Shown: positions 29,149-39,880, numbered from the stretch's first letter. The stretch is 52,950 nucleotides of DNA from Candidatus Bathyarchaeia archaeon (GCA_038883795.1 JAVZLK010000008.1:1-52950); one strand, 5' to 3'. Numbers and translations are program-made. Notes: generated by a model not told the origin, from the sequence alone.

Positions 29149-29865
29149 ATGCTTAAGGTTAATAACGTTTCAAAGTTTTTTGGTAGTTTAGCAGCCGTTG
29201 ACAACGTAAGTTTAGACGTTAATAAAGGAGAACTTTTAGCTTTAATAGGACCTAATGGGGCTGGCAAAACCACCTTACTTAGACTTATAATGAATATCTA
29301 TAAGCCGTCGTCGGGCATTATAGAGTTTGAAGGAAAGAAAATAAATGGCTTAACTCCTCATAGAACTTGTAAACTAGGGATATGCATGACTAACCAGATC
29401 CCTGCCCCTTTTCATAGGATGACATGTTTAGAGAACGTAATTGTTGGGGGAGTTTTTGGGGCAGGTTTAAGCATTGAAAATGCAAGGAGAGAAGCTGAGA
29501 AAATTTTAGGATATGTACTCTTATCAGAATACAGAGATGTGGTTGCATCCAATTTGACGCATCTTCAACAAAAACTGTTAGAGTTTGCTAAAGCGTTAAG
29601 CATCAAACCAAAATTGTTGCTCATTGATGAACCATTAGCAGGTTTAACTGAAAAGGAAATACATCCTATAACGTCTCTTATTAAAAGATTACATAACGAA
29701 GGTATGACTATCCTCTGGGTTGAGCACGTTATAAGCGAAGTCGAAAAATACGCCGAGAGAATTGTTGTTTTAAATGAAGGAAAAAAGCTTATTGAAGGAA
29801 ATCCTAAAGAGGTAATTAGAGATAAACGGTTCATTGAGGCATATTTGGGGGAGGAAACGTGCTAA
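29149..29865 (+). CDS. livG: Branched-chain ABC transporter ATPase
   Basis: GPNGAGKT; LLLIDEPLAG; VEH; EAYLG. Confidence 0.92.
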   Translation: MLKVNNVSKFFGSLAAVDNVSLDVNKGELLALIGPNGAGKTTLLRLIMNIYKPSSGIIEFEGKKINGLTPHRTCKLGICMTNQIPAPFHRMTCLENVIVGGVFGAGLSIENARREAEKILGYVLLSEYRDVVASNLTHLQQKLLEFAKALSIKPKLLLIDEPLAGLTEKEIHPITSLIKRLHNEGMTILWVEHVISEVEKYAERIVVLNEGKKLIEGNPKEVIRDKRFIEAYLGEETC

Positions 29866-30563
29866 AGATAGAGGATGTAAATGTTTTTTATGGATACCTA
29901 CACATATTGCATGATGTTACTTTAAAACTTGAAAAAGGGGAAATTGTTGCGTTAATTGGCGCTAATGCAGCTGGAAAATCTACACTTATAAAGGCAATAT
30001 GTGGCATCGTTCATCCATCGTCGGGCATCATAGAGTTTTTAGGTAAGAGAATAGACAATCTAAAACCCTTTGAAATTGCGACGCTTGGTATATCACTTGT
30101 CCCCGAAGGAAGGAGACTTTTTCCATACATGAGTGTACTAGAAAATCTTGAAATGGGAGCATATCTTCCGAAGGCGAGGAGTAAAATAAGGGAAAACATA
30201 GAACGAGTTTTTAACTTATTCCCCATTCTAAAAGAGAGAAGAAAGCAATTGGCATGCACGTTAAGTGGAGGAGAACAACAAATGCTTGCCATTGGACGTG
30301 CATTAATGTCGGAGCCAAAATTATGTATCTTAGATGAGGTGTCCCTTGGTTTATCTGTAAAGGCAATTAATATTGTTTACAAGGCTATAAAGGAGATCAA
30401 CGCAGAAGGCATCAGTTTACTTTTGGTTGAACAAAACCTTAGAAGAAGTCTTTCAGTTGCCGACAGAGGGTATGTAATTGAAAAAGGGAGAATAGTTTGG
30501 GAAGGAGATAAAAACAATTTTGATGAAGACGAACTAAGAAGACGATATTTTGGGGTAGCATAA
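29859..30563 (+). CDS. livF: Branched-chain ABC transporter ATPase
   Basis: GANAAGKS; LSGGEQQML; LLVEQN. Confidence 0.92.
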   Translation: MLKIEDVNVFYGYLHILHDVTLKLEKGEIVALIGANAAGKSTLIKAICGIVHPSSGIIEFLGKRIDNLKPFEIATLGISLVPEGRRLFPYMSVLENLEMGAYLPKARSKIRENIERVFNLFPILKERRKQLACTLSGGEQQMLAIGRALMSEPKLCILDEVSLGLSVKAINIVYKAIKEINAEGISLLLVEQNLRRSLSVADRGYVIEKGRIVWEGDKNNFDEDELRRRYFGVA

Positions 30564-30763
30564 CTGAATCAGAATCATAACTATTTATAATTCTTTCTGG
30601 TAAATAACGTAACATGTAGCCTCACAATACTATTGACTAAAACCTTCAAAATGTAAGAAGCTACAGCCAACTAAAAATGTAGAACGGAGCACTTGTACTT
30701 CAAAAATTTTTATTAATTAAAAAGTATTGTATACGAGCCTACTTAATCAGAGGTGACGAGGCA

Positions 30764-32203
30764 ATGGAGTTTGAAAAATTAGATTCTTTATTCCATCCTA
30801 AGTCAGTTGCTGTTCTTGGTGCGTCTGCAAATCCCCGCTCTGGTGGAAATAACTATGTACGATGTCTTATAAAGCATAATTTTAAGGGAAAAATATTCCT
30901 TGTTAACCCAAACTATAACAACATTTTGGGGTTGAAGGTTTATCCAAGTTTACGAGAAATACCTGACGCTGAAATAGACTATGTAATCTCATGCATACCT
31001 GCAGAAAATCTATTGGATCAGATTGATGATTGCCGTGCCAAAAGCGTTAAACTTATTCATCTATTTACAGCAAGGATGAAGGAAACAGGGATAAGCGAAA
31101 GAGTAAAACTTGAGGATGAAATAATAAAGCAATGCAAAAAATTTGGAATTAGAGTTTTAGGCCCTAATTGCATGGGTCTTTACAACCCGAAAATAGGGCT
31201 ATCTTACTATGAAGATTTCCCAAAAGAAGCGGGACCTGTAGGTGGTATTTCTCAGACTGGTGGAGGATCAGCGATAGTCATCCGTTATGCTGCCATGAGA
31301 GGTGTGAGATTTAGTAAAGTGATAAGCTATGGCAACGCCTCAGATATTGATGAGTCTGAACTTCTTCGTTACTTAGCTGATGACAAAGAAACAAAAATAA
31401 TAATGGCATACATTGAAGGCGTGAAAGACGGAAGAAAATTTTTGGATGCCTTATCATACGCCACCAAACGGAAAGCGGTTGTTATACTGAAGGGCGGAAG
31501 AGGGCAAGCAGGTTCGAAGGCCGCACTTTCCCACACAGGTTCTCTCGCCGGATCAGCTGAAATCTGGACGGCGGCTTTAAAACAGCATGGCGCCATCCAA
31601 GTTTCAAGCATGGAAGAACTTGTAGACGTAATTGTCGCATTGCGCTTTTTACCAAAAATAAATAGAAGAAGAATTCTTGTAGGCGGAGGTGGTGGCGGAA
31701 TGTCCGTAATTTCAGCAGACTTGTTCGAAGAAGCTGGTTTCGAATTCCCAGACTTGCCTAAAGAAGTAAGAGAAAAACTTATAAAAGAAGCTCCACTAGC
31801 TGCTGACTGGCTTAAAAACCCCATAGATGGGTCTATAATAGATCAGTTGGGTGGGTCTCACATGGAAATTTTATACTACGCGAGCAGGATTGGCAATTTT
31901 GACGTTATAGTCGCAAACTTTCAAGAAGATGATCCTGCTCCCCTCCAAGTCTTTAAGGAGATAAGAGTAAAAGAGTTTTTAGATGGAGCGATAAAATTAA
32001 AGAAAGAGGGAAAACCCATAATTTGTATAATCAGAAACGCTGAGTTGACACCGGATGAAATAAAAGGTACTAAATGGGAGGTTATTGCAGAGCTTAGAAA
32101 GTGTTTAGTGCAGAATGGGATACCAGTGTATTCATCGCCTGAAGATGCTGCAAGAGCTTTGAAAAAAGTTGTTGACTATTATGGTCGAGGAAAAATCGGT
32201 TAG
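30764..32203 (+). CDS. acdA: ADP-forming acyl-CoA synthetase, alpha subunit
   Basis: PKSVAVLGAS; GPNCMG; SYGNASD; SHTGSLAG phospho-His motif. Confidence 0.88.
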   Translation: MEFEKLDSLFHPKSVAVLGASANPRSGGNNYVRCLIKHNFKGKIFLVNPNYNNILGLKVYPSLREIPDAEIDYVISCIPAENLLDQIDDCRAKSVKLIHLFTARMKETGISERVKLEDEIIKQCKKFGIRVLGPNCMGLYNPKIGLSYYEDFPKEAGPVGGISQTGGGSAIVIRYAAMRGVRFSKVISYGNASDIDESELLRYLADDKETKIIMAYIEGVKDGRKFLDALSYATKRKAVVILKGGRGQAGSKAALSHTGSLAGSAEIWTAALKQHGAIQVSSMEELVDVIVALRFLPKINRRRILVGGGGGGMSVISADLFEEAGFEFPDLPKEVREKLIKEAPLAADWLKNPIDGSIIDQLGGSHMEILYYASRIGNFDVIVANFQEDDPAPLQVFKEIRVKEFLDGAIKLKKEGKPIICIIRNAELTPDEIKGTKWEVIAELRKCLVQNGIPVYSSPEDAARALKKVVDYYGRGKIG

Positions 32204-32272
32204 AATTAGTCTGACAGTTATGCCGCTAGTACTGCACAACTATCGTAATTATTGATTTTGTTTTCCCTACCT

Positions 32273-33046
32273 TTATCTTCTCCCTATAACGATTCCTGCG
32301 GGATCTATTTTTGTTCTTAATATTCTCAGTTCTTCATCTGTGGGTGGTTCTGTCTGTGTCACTTTGTCTGGTATTATCAATCTAAAACCAGTATTAGCTT
32401 TAATCTGTTCAACTGTTACGCCTGGATGTGTAGAGAGTAGTGTCATTCGTTTTGTTTTTTCGTCAAACCCCATAATTCCCAACTGGGTTATTACACGATA
32501 TGGTCCTGTATCCGCGGGTAGTCCTGCCTTCTCTCTAGCGCCTGGACCTGTCAAGTATCCGGGTGTAGTAATGAAGTCTACTTTTTCAACAAATCTTCGT
32601 GTATCTTGTTGCATTATTACTATTGTTCGCCAACATAGTGACCCAACATCGTTTGCACCACCGCTTCCTGGAAGGCGAACCTTTGGTTTTTCATAAGGAC
32701 CTATCACAGTGGTGTTGATATTTCCATACATGTCTATTTGAGCCGCTCCGAGAAATCCGTAGTCGATATAGCCAAGTTGACCTATAGACATTACATAATC
32801 CATGCTGCTAGCCATGATCGCCCTATAAACTGTCCGAGAATCTCCCACAGATATGGGTATTATTGGCACTTGTGGTCCCATTCCTCCTGCCTCGAAGACT
32901 ATAAGCAAGTTAGGTGCATGTGTTTTTTGGGCTAATGTGGCGGCTACAAGTGGCAGTCCTGTGCCAACAAAAACTGTTTTGTTGTCTTCCAGAATTCTTG
33001 AGGCAGCACATGCCATTAGCTCGATAGTATTGTATTCTGTTCTCAT
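32273..33046 (-). CDS. gctB: CoA-transferase beta subunit (glutaconate/3-oxoadipate type)
   Basis: VFEAG catalytic Glu; AQIDMYGNINTT; RLPGSGGAND. Confidence 0.9.
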   Translation of the reverse strand: MRTEYNTIELMACAASRILEDNKTVFVGTGLPLVAATLAQKTHAPNLLIVFEAGGMGPQVPIIPISVGDSRTVYRAIMASSMDYVMSIGQLGYIDYGFLGAAQIDMYGNINTTVIGPYEKPKVRLPGSGGANDVGSLCWRTIVIMQQDTRRFVEKVDFITTPGYLTGPGAREKAGLPADTGPYRVITQLGIMGFDEKTKRMTLLSTHPGVTVEQIKANTGFRLIIPDKVTQTEPPTDEELRILRTKIDPAGIVIGRR

Positions 33047-33050
33047 ACGC

Positions 33051-34064
33051 TCACTTCTCCGCCCAAGGGGTTATAAGAGGGGCCCTCAGCTGCTCGAGTT
33101 TCCTTAAATGGTTAAGTTTTCTGACACCACCTACCAGCGCTAGATATTCCTCAAAATCCTCAACTCCATATACGTATTTTTCAAAATATGATTTTACACC
33201 TTCGTCTGTTTTTGAAAGTCTCAGCCATTCTGCCATGTGCTCCTCATCTGAATAATAAAGGCAAGGCATGTTGCCTGGATGGGAACCATAAGGTACTTCC
33301 ACCACCGCATCAACTAAGAAGTATGGAATCACTGTTCTCCAAGGTTCGTTTCTAATTCTTTCTTCGTTAATGATTTCTTCTGTTGTTATGATGAGCCTTC
33401 GTGCGGCTCTTGCTAGTTCAAAGTCTTCAATAGTTATTCCATCAATTTGGGAGTTCCCGTACTTGTCACATCGATGTACATGTATGAATACAACATCAGG
33501 GTAGCATGCAGGGAGAAGGCATATTGGTTTTCCACTGAAAGGGTCTTTTACAATTTTTGCAGAACTGTATTTAAGGGTGTCCGTACCCAGCATTACTCGT
33601 GTTGGAATGAAAGGTAGACCCATGGCAGCTGCTTTAAAACGCCACTGGAATCCAGCATTTGAAATCTCGGCTGCAACTTTCACACGCCCGCTTTCAACAG
33701 CTCTTCTAGAAGCTGCTGATAGCCCTCGAAGCTCATGTCCAAAACAGTAGGCCACCTCAACCTTGTCAACACAGCCTGAAGATACTAGAATGTCAACATC
33801 GTGGACGGCTGTCTTCCCAGCCATAACCAAGTTTCGCTTCCCTTGCCTTATTATTTCATAAACCGCAGCCATCGAAAGCCTGACATGACCAAATCCTCCC
33901 ATGGCAATATAACTACCATCGTTCACAAACTTTGCAATGGCCTCTTTCAAACTCATTTGTTTATCCTCAAGATTTCTAGATTTGTTCTTCCTGACCCACT
34001 TCCGATGTTCATCAGGGTCATGCCATGCAAGTAATTCTCCTATGCCTTCCTTTATAGTTTCCAT
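33051..34064 (-). CDS. gctA: CoA-transferase alpha subunit
   Basis: IAMGGF; AAAMGLPFIP; DKYGN; PYGSHP. Confidence 0.9.
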   Translation of the reverse strand: METIKEGIGELLAWHDPDEHRKWVRKNKSRNLEDKQMSLKEAIAKFVNDGSYIAMGGFGHVRLSMAAVYEIIRQGKRNLVMAGKTAVHDVDILVSSGCVDKVEVAYCFGHELRGLSAASRRAVESGRVKVAAEISNAGFQWRFKAAAMGLPFIPTRVMLGTDTLKYSSAKIVKDPFSGKPICLLPACYPDVVFIHVHRCDKYGNSQIDGITIEDFELARAARRLIITTEEIINEERIRNEPWRTVIPYFLVDAVVEVPYGSHPGNMPCLYYSDEEHMAEWLRLSKTDEGVKSYFEKYVYGVEDFEEYLALVGGVRKLNHLRKLEQLRAPLITPWAEK

Positions 34065-34335
34065 TTTTTCACCCCATCAGAAGTTCAGCACAGTATTTTT
34101 CCACCTTTTTATAACTTTTTCGATTAATTACGCCTTTTTTGAATGGGTAAGTTACAAGGTAACCAGCAACGTCTAGGATTTAAAAAATTAAAAATTTAGA
34201 GCGTGGATGTATGTTAAGAAATTTAAACGTTGCTTCTCTTATAATAAAAGCAACCAGCGCGAATGCACGATTACAGCTAAACATCAGATAAGTTTTATAT
34301 TTGAGTTAAATTATTCAAGTTTTGGATGGTATGTG

Positions 34336-35499
34336 ATGTTGGAATTATCATTTCCAAGAATTATAGTGATAGGCGAGGGCTCATTGGAATATCTTAGTCG
34401 TATTAGAGGAAAGAGGGCTCTAATTGTTACTGGCAGTATTATAAAAAAAATTGGCCTTGTTGATAAAGCTGCAAAATATTTGGAAAAAAATGGGATAAGA
34501 GTGGAAGCCTTCGAAGTTGAACCTGAACCCTCAGTAGAAACTATAATAAAAGGAGCAGAATTAGCGAGAAAGTATTCCCCTAACTGGATTATTGGGTTAG
34601 GTGGAGGCAGTAACCTAGATGCAGCGAAGGCAATATGGGTACTCTATGAACGTTCAGACCTAGAATTGGCTTCTATAACCCCTTCAATAACACTTGGATT
34701 AAGAGCCAAAGCCCAATTACTCTGCATTCCGACAACCAGTGGGACTGGTTCGGAAGCAAGCTGGGCTACGATAATTACAGATTTAAAAGAAAAACGAAAA
34801 ATGGAACTTGTTAATAAAGAGTTGGTGCCCGACATAGCTATAGTGGATCCTGAACTCTCAATGACCATGCCCCAAAAGCTTGTGGCGGAAACAGGTTTAG
34901 ACGCATTAACCCATGCCATAGAGGCCTACGTTTCATCGTTAAGAAACGATTTTTCGGACGCTCTGGCAATATATGCTATACAAATAATTTTTAAATATCT
35001 CCTGAGATCCTACAAAAATCCTGAGGACAAAGAGGCAAAGAAAAAATTACACTACGCAGCAACGATGGCTGGGCTTTCCTTCAGCAACTCCCAATTAGGC
35101 ATGGCCCATGCCTTAGGTGGTGCAATCGGTGGAGTGTTTCGCATTCCTCATGGTCAAGCCATGGCACTTCTCTTACCATACTCAATAGAGTACAATAAAA
35201 TAGCAGCTAGAGAGCGATATGAAGATATCGCAAAAGCTGCTAATATCAAAGTGACGGCAAACAGCGATATGGTGGATGAACTTGTTAAAACTCTTCGTGA
35301 GCTTAACCACCAACTTAAGGAGCCAGCTTCGCTTAAAGATATTGGAATATCTTCGAAGCATTTTGAAAAGAACATTGACTTTTTAGTCGACAGAGCTATG
35401 AGGTCAGCTGCACTTCAAGGAAACCCGCGAGTTTTAGACACTGAAGGCGCTAGAAAAATGTTTACGTATATTTATGAAGGGAAAAAAGTAGATTTTTAA
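34336..35499 (+). CDS. Iron-containing alcohol dehydrogenase
   Basis: GLGGGSNLDAAK; PTTSGTGSE; DALTHAIE; GMAH; HG. Confidence 0.93.
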   Translation: MLELSFPRIIVIGEGSLEYLSRIRGKRALIVTGSIIKKIGLVDKAAKYLEKNGIRVEAFEVEPEPSVETIIKGAELARKYSPNWIIGLGGGSNLDAAKAIWVLYERSDLELASITPSITLGLRAKAQLLCIPTTSGTGSEASWATIITDLKEKRKMELVNKELVPDIAIVDPELSMTMPQKLVAETGLDALTHAIEAYVSSLRNDFSDALAIYAIQIIFKYLLRSYKNPEDKEAKKKLHYAATMAGLSFSNSQLGMAHALGGAIGGVFRIPHGQAMALLLPYSIEYNKIAARERYEDIAKAANIKVTANSDMVDELVKTLRELNHQLKEPASLKDIGISSKHFEKNIDFLVDRAMRSAALQGNPRVLDTEGARKMFTYIYEGKKVDF

Positions 35500-35509
35500 T
35501 TGATAAAAT

Positions 35510-36136
35510 CTAATATTCTCGTATACCATATTTTTCGTGGTAAATAATCTCTTCTAGGTTTTTTCTTGGGGCTCCCCCGTGTCTTCTCACCGTGTCGGGT
35601 ATTTCTGGTATTTCTAATGGGTAACCAATTGTGATGACCGCTATAACATCAATTTTTTTCGGTATTTTTAAAAGGGTTTTAAGCTTTCTTTTGTTGAACA
35701 TTGATAACCAGCAGGTGCCAAGGCCTAAGGCATGCGCTGCAAGCATGAGATTTTGAATAGCAGCTCCAGTGGCATATTTGTATGTTTCCCTCCCAAAAAC
35801 ATGGGGTGCTGTCATCGCTGGATTAGCGCACACAACTATGTGAACAGGAGCTTCAGAAATCCATTCTGTGCTATACTTTGAAAACCTCGTTTTCCATGGA
35901 TCTTCTTTCGTATTTATTGTTATAATTCTATTTTCCTCCACAAGTTCTTGAATTTTCTCTCTAGTCACCTGATCTTTTATAATAATAAATTCCCATGGTT
36001 GAAGGTTTGCAGCTGAAGGGGCCCAATGAGCCGCTTCAAGAACCATTTTAACCTTATCATCTGATATAGGGTCAGTTTTATACCTTCTTATGCTTCTCCG
36101 TGTTTTTATAGCCATTAACAATTCCACTGATATCAT
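35510..36136 (-). CDS. Nitroreductase family protein
   Basis: RRSIRRY; APSAANLQPWEF; QNLMLAAHALGLGTCW. Confidence 0.93.
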   Translation of the reverse strand: MISVELLMAIKTRRSIRRYKTDPISDDKVKMVLEAAHWAPSAANLQPWEFIIIKDQVTREKIQELVEENRIITINTKEDPWKTRFSKYSTEWISEAPVHIVVCANPAMTAPHVFGRETYKYATGAAIQNLMLAAHALGLGTCWLSMFNKRKLKTLLKIPKKIDVIAVITIGYPLEIPEIPDTVRRHGGAPRKNLEEIIYHEKYGIREY

Positions 36137-36385
36137 CGTCCTTTTTATGGAATAGCGTATCGCTTGTTATATATATGTTGCGGGAAACCATCATTGGTAA
36201 ATAGTTTCCTTCTCTGCGCTTATTACCATAAATTACCGGGAAATGGTTTAAAAGTCTAACTTTAAAGTTAGAGTCGAAAAAGTAATTTAGGAGAAATAAT
36301 AATTTTTACATTCTAAAAACACGAAATAACCTTCCCGCGCATGTCTCTATAAAATGAAGAGACAATTGACGGTGATATAGATAAA

Positions 36386-36934
36386 ATGCCGAAGAAGGCA
36401 ATTATAGCTTCTTTACCGCTTCTTTTAATAGCTGTTATTCTAGTGTGTTGCATTAAAGAATACCGCATCCAAGAGGTTATTATAGACAAATGGGATCCCA
36501 TAACACCATCTGTGCTTGAGCCATACAATCAAACGGGGTGGGCTTTCGCAGTTTTAACATCAAATGGGACGTGTCTAGAACTTAATATTTCAGCCTCTGG
36601 TCGTGTGAGAATTATAATAGGTAAACTAGTTTACTTTAACGAAATCACGAGAGAAAGAACATATGATAACGTTGTTTTTAATGAAACAGGGACAAAATTT
36701 GTCCAAAAAGTTGAAATCGCCGAGAAAGACGTGGATTTTTTAGAAATTGAGAACAGAGAAACATGGTCCATTGAAATCTCCGGTAACATAAACAAAATAG
36801 GTAATGATTACCTACAATTTTATCCCTACTCAGGCATTGGGACGTTAATTGGGCTAGTGGGATTATCATTTTTAGTTTATGGAATTGTGGCGAAAGCAAA
36901 CAAAAAGAAAAAGAGAAACTTCAAGTATCACTAA
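36386..36934 (+). CDS. Hypothetical membrane-anchored protein
   Basis: N- and C-terminal hydrophobic helices; Lys-rich tail. Confidence 0.65.
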   Translation: MPKKAIIASLPLLLIAVILVCCIKEYRIQEVIIDKWDPITPSVLEPYNQTGWAFAVLTSNGTCLELNISASGRVRIIIGKLVYFNEITRERTYDNVVFNETGTKFVQKVEIAEKDVDFLEIENRETWSIEISGNINKIGNDYLQFYPYSGIGTLIGLVGLSFLVYGIVAKANKKKKRNFKYH

Positions 36935-37030
36935 TTTTTGGCAAATTAAAATTACAAAGTCTTTTATGTGTGCTTTAATCTTGTTATGTGTCGCTGCATT
37001 CATTCATCCCAATTCATACATTATTAAATA

Positions 37031-37043
37031 GCTAAATTTTTAT
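37031..37043 (+). repeat. Left 13-bp target-site duplication GCTAAATTTTTAT
   Basis: Identical to 40637-40649; directly abuts left TIR. Confidence 0.85.
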
Positions 37044-37106
37044 CCCCAAACCCACACACAGTCACAACCACACACAAACTTAGGCTAGACACGGTTTAGA
37101 CATGGT
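37044..37106 (+). repeat. Left terminal inverted repeat
   Basis: CCCCAAACCCA (11 bp perfect), then GTCACA, ACACACAAAC and ACATGG blocks shared in order with the reverse complement of 40563-40636. Confidence 0.75.
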
Positions 37107-37149
37107 TTCTGCCGAATAATCACAAGGATTTTGTTATATAATATTACGC

Positions 37150-38159
37150 GCACTATGTTTTTGTGTAGTCACGTAACCGATAACCTATAATTATCCCAAT
37201 TACAGTCAAAATTATAAACATCACAATATCAGATGTTTTCTGTAGAAGATAACTAGTAATTTTCTCCCATAATGTAGGTTCTCTTGTTAGTTCGGAATAT
37301 TTGTCCCATATTAGCGTTTTCATTTCCTCAGAAAGCCCTAACCTTTCTAATTCATGTAGATCATTGTAAAAATCCTCAGGATAGTCTTTGTAATATTTAT
37401 TATTGATATTTTCATTTATTTTTTCAAGTAATAGCGGTACTTTATGCTTAACCTCTATCTGTTTAATTATGGTTTCGTTAAATTGGTTTCAACAATCCCA
37501 AAAGAAATGTTTTAAAGCATCTAAACCAGCTTGGTAAGTTGACCATGCCTGTTTGGTATTCGCTCCCTTAATAATCAAACCTGATCTTGAAACCAATTCA
37601 CCAAATATTATTACAGCACCTTCACCCTCAATTTTAAATGGGCTCTCGCTTTCGCCCACATAATAGAGTGAAGCTTTTCGCTAACCGATAATAATGCAAA
37701 GTTTTTTATGCCTATCTGTGAGTCTAGAACGTAAGGTGACTCACTGCCTACAATTTTGACAACTTTTAGATTACTTAAATCGCTTGACATATTAGGCCAA
37801 AAATGATATTCTATTGATTTATCTATAAGTTTATAATCCCAGAGAGTTTCATTTGTTGTTGAATCATATTTAAAAGCGACAGCTGCACCATGATTTTTCG
37901 ACACGACTCCATAAACTTCTTTTGGGATATTGTTATATTTGAAAAACACGTGCCCAATATCATGAATTAAGTTTAGATTCTCTTCAGCAATCTCTTTGTA
38001 CTTACGTAAATATGTTTCAACATAACCTTTTAACTCTCTTTCGCTTACAACCTCAGATTTAGGCATCAATAGTACCGTACTGATTAAGACTATTATAGAA
38101 ATTATAAGTATTACTACAAGTGCAAATAATTTTTTCTCGGTCTTCAGTTTTTGATACAA
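37150..38159 (-). pseudogene. Interrupted secreted/membrane cargo protein
   Basis: ORF 37611-38159 with N-terminal TM; coding-like frame continues (IFGELVSRSG...FFWDC*NQFNETIIKQ...LWEKLLVIF) after a frameshift and an in-frame TGA. Confidence 0.55.
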
Positions 38160-38192
38160 CCCTAATCATTAATGAGTTTATGAAAATCACGG

Positions 38193-38210
38193 AAAAAGCT
38201 TCCGCTTTTT
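38193..38210 (-). terminator. Hairpin AAAAAGC-TTCC-GCTTTTT at the cas1 stop
   Basis: 7-bp inverted repeat with T-run immediately 3' of cas1. Confidence 0.4.
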
Positions 38211-39238
38211 TATCTAAATGAGGAGATTCTAGGTTTCCATGAGAGCCTTTCATTTCGGAGAAACTTAGCCAAAAGGTAAGTTTCCTCATTAATTAGGGTT
38301 TCAATTGTTTGGCTTTTTCCATGTTTAATTCTTGGAATATCAACCTTAGCCTCAAACAACCGATTGAGCTTTTCAGCTAATTCCCTAGTCTTTTCCATAC
38401 TCAGAACTTGACGCTTTCCAAGACGGTTAGAGCTGAACCATTCTTTTTTAACTGTGAAATCCTTAGGCTTTAAATCTTGACTAAATCCTATTAGAAAATC
38501 GTCTATGAGGTATCGGTATAATTCCATCATGTCGCAAACTAAACTAGGCTTACCAAACTGTTCGCTATGAACAAAACCGAGGTAAGGCTCTAGATGGGCA
38601 TTAAGAACTGCCATGTAAACCCTAAACTTAAGCATGATATAAGCTAAATTGAAAGTATTATTCAAACCATCATAGGCTTTCCATCCCTTACGTTTTTTAG
38701 CCTTGAAAGGTATCAGCTTAAGGATTTCATGATAATAATGCTCTGAAGCCTTTCCCTCAATAGGTAACAACCTTCTTCTAACATCCATAAGGCTATTAGA
38801 GTTTAAACCCTCACTCTTAGCTTTGAAATACGCTAAGTCAAGCTCTCTTAAGCCATATTTCCTTAAAACCATGTTTTGGCTCTCAATTTTGCTCAGAACT
38901 ATTGTTTTAGCTATGGCTATACCCTTGCCATTATGCAAGGCTTCATACTGAGCTATGCGAGTCTTAACATGGCTATCATCATCTAAGCTTCTGAGAACAG
39001 CCACGGGATTACCATTCCTAGTCTTAACAATAACGGGAATATCCCAGAAACCACAAGATGCCAAAACACTAGTGCTAACAAAATTCCCGCTTGAAACTAT
39101 TATCCTGCCTATCTCATTCTCAAATAACGGAACACGCTGAAGATTCCCATCCCTATCCCTAATAACGAAACAACCCTTCTCCATACCAAGATAATAGCCG
39201 TTACCTTCAACGTTAATAGTTAAAACCCTAGCCTTCAT
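38210..39238 (-). CDS. cas1: Solo Cas1 endonuclease/integrase (casposase-like)
   Basis: IEGKASEHYY (Glu), NNTFNLAY, LEPYLGFVH (His), SLVCDMMELYR (Asp/Glu); intact frame; ATG at 39238. Confidence 0.93.
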   Translation of the reverse strand: MKARVLTINVEGNGYYLGMEKGCFVIRDRDGNLQRVPLFENEIGRIIVSSGNFVSTSVLASCGFWDIPVIVKTRNGNPVAVLRSLDDDSHVKTRIAQYEALHNGKGIAIAKTIVLSKIESQNMVLRKYGLRELDLAYFKAKSEGLNSNSLMDVRRRLLPIEGKASEHYYHEILKLIPFKAKKRKGWKAYDGLNNTFNLAYIMLKFRVYMAVLNAHLEPYLGFVHSEQFGKPSLVCDMMELYRYLIDDFLIGFSQDLKPKDFTVKKEWFSSNRLGKRQVLSMEKTRELAEKLNRLFEAKVDIPRIKHGKSQTIETLINEETYLLAKFLRNERLSWKPRISSFR

Positions 39239-39458
39239 GAGGATAACCAACCTCTTTTAGTTGTTTCTCTAAACCTTCTAAGAATTTCTTCATGTAATCC
39301 TCATTCTCCAAACAATTTTTAATGATAAGCCATTCTGGATACCTTAAGAAATGGCTTTTAAACAGCTGGGAAGCGAAGCCATCTTCAAACCTACAGTATT
39401 TTTCAAAGAGAATTTGATGCTTCAGAAAATTTAATTCGCAGGTTAAAGTGTTCAGCAC
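39228..39458 (-). CDS. Small hypothetical protein overlapping the cas1 start
   Basis: Stop overlaps cas1 start by 11 nt; frame open to 39497; no Cas2 YD motif. Confidence 0.55.
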   Translation of the reverse strand: MLNTLTCELNFLKHQILFEKYCRFEDGFASQLFKSHFLRYPEWLIIKNCLENEDYMKKFLEGLEKQLKEVGYPHEG

Positions 39459-39880
39459 AATAGTTGCTATTTGCTCTTCAACAGGTTTTCGATAAGCCTA
39501 TGCGATATTGGAGTAGCGTACTCAAGGTTATTGCATGGATGGGAATCGTTGGAAACAACCTAAATTTATGGAAGTGGATGTGCATGCAAGCCATTAAAGG
39601 CTATTGCACTTTAAGGGTAAGCCCTAAACCTTTAAACCCTAATGGTTTTAAGCCTTCCCCAAGGGTTGCCTATCGTTATGGAAGCCAAAATAACATGGTT
39701 AAAGAGTATTTGGCTCTTAGGAAGCATGTTTTAAGGATACTTAAGCGATTATGTTAAGACAGATTGGAGAGAATGCAGAAAAGCACTCTTAGGAAAAGCG
39801 TAATCAAATCTTGATTTTTACTTTTTTACTTGCTTCAGCGGTATTTTTTCGAAATCTTCTCCCCTTACTGCAACTTTTAC

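Noticed and set aside
8004-35375. Numerous short antisense/overlapping ORFs in the track
   Set aside because: They lie opposite or within well-supported genes and carry no motifs
39464-39757. 97-aa + strand ORF inside the element
   Set aside because: No recognisable motif, lies antisense over the presumed cas1 operon leader; probably spurious
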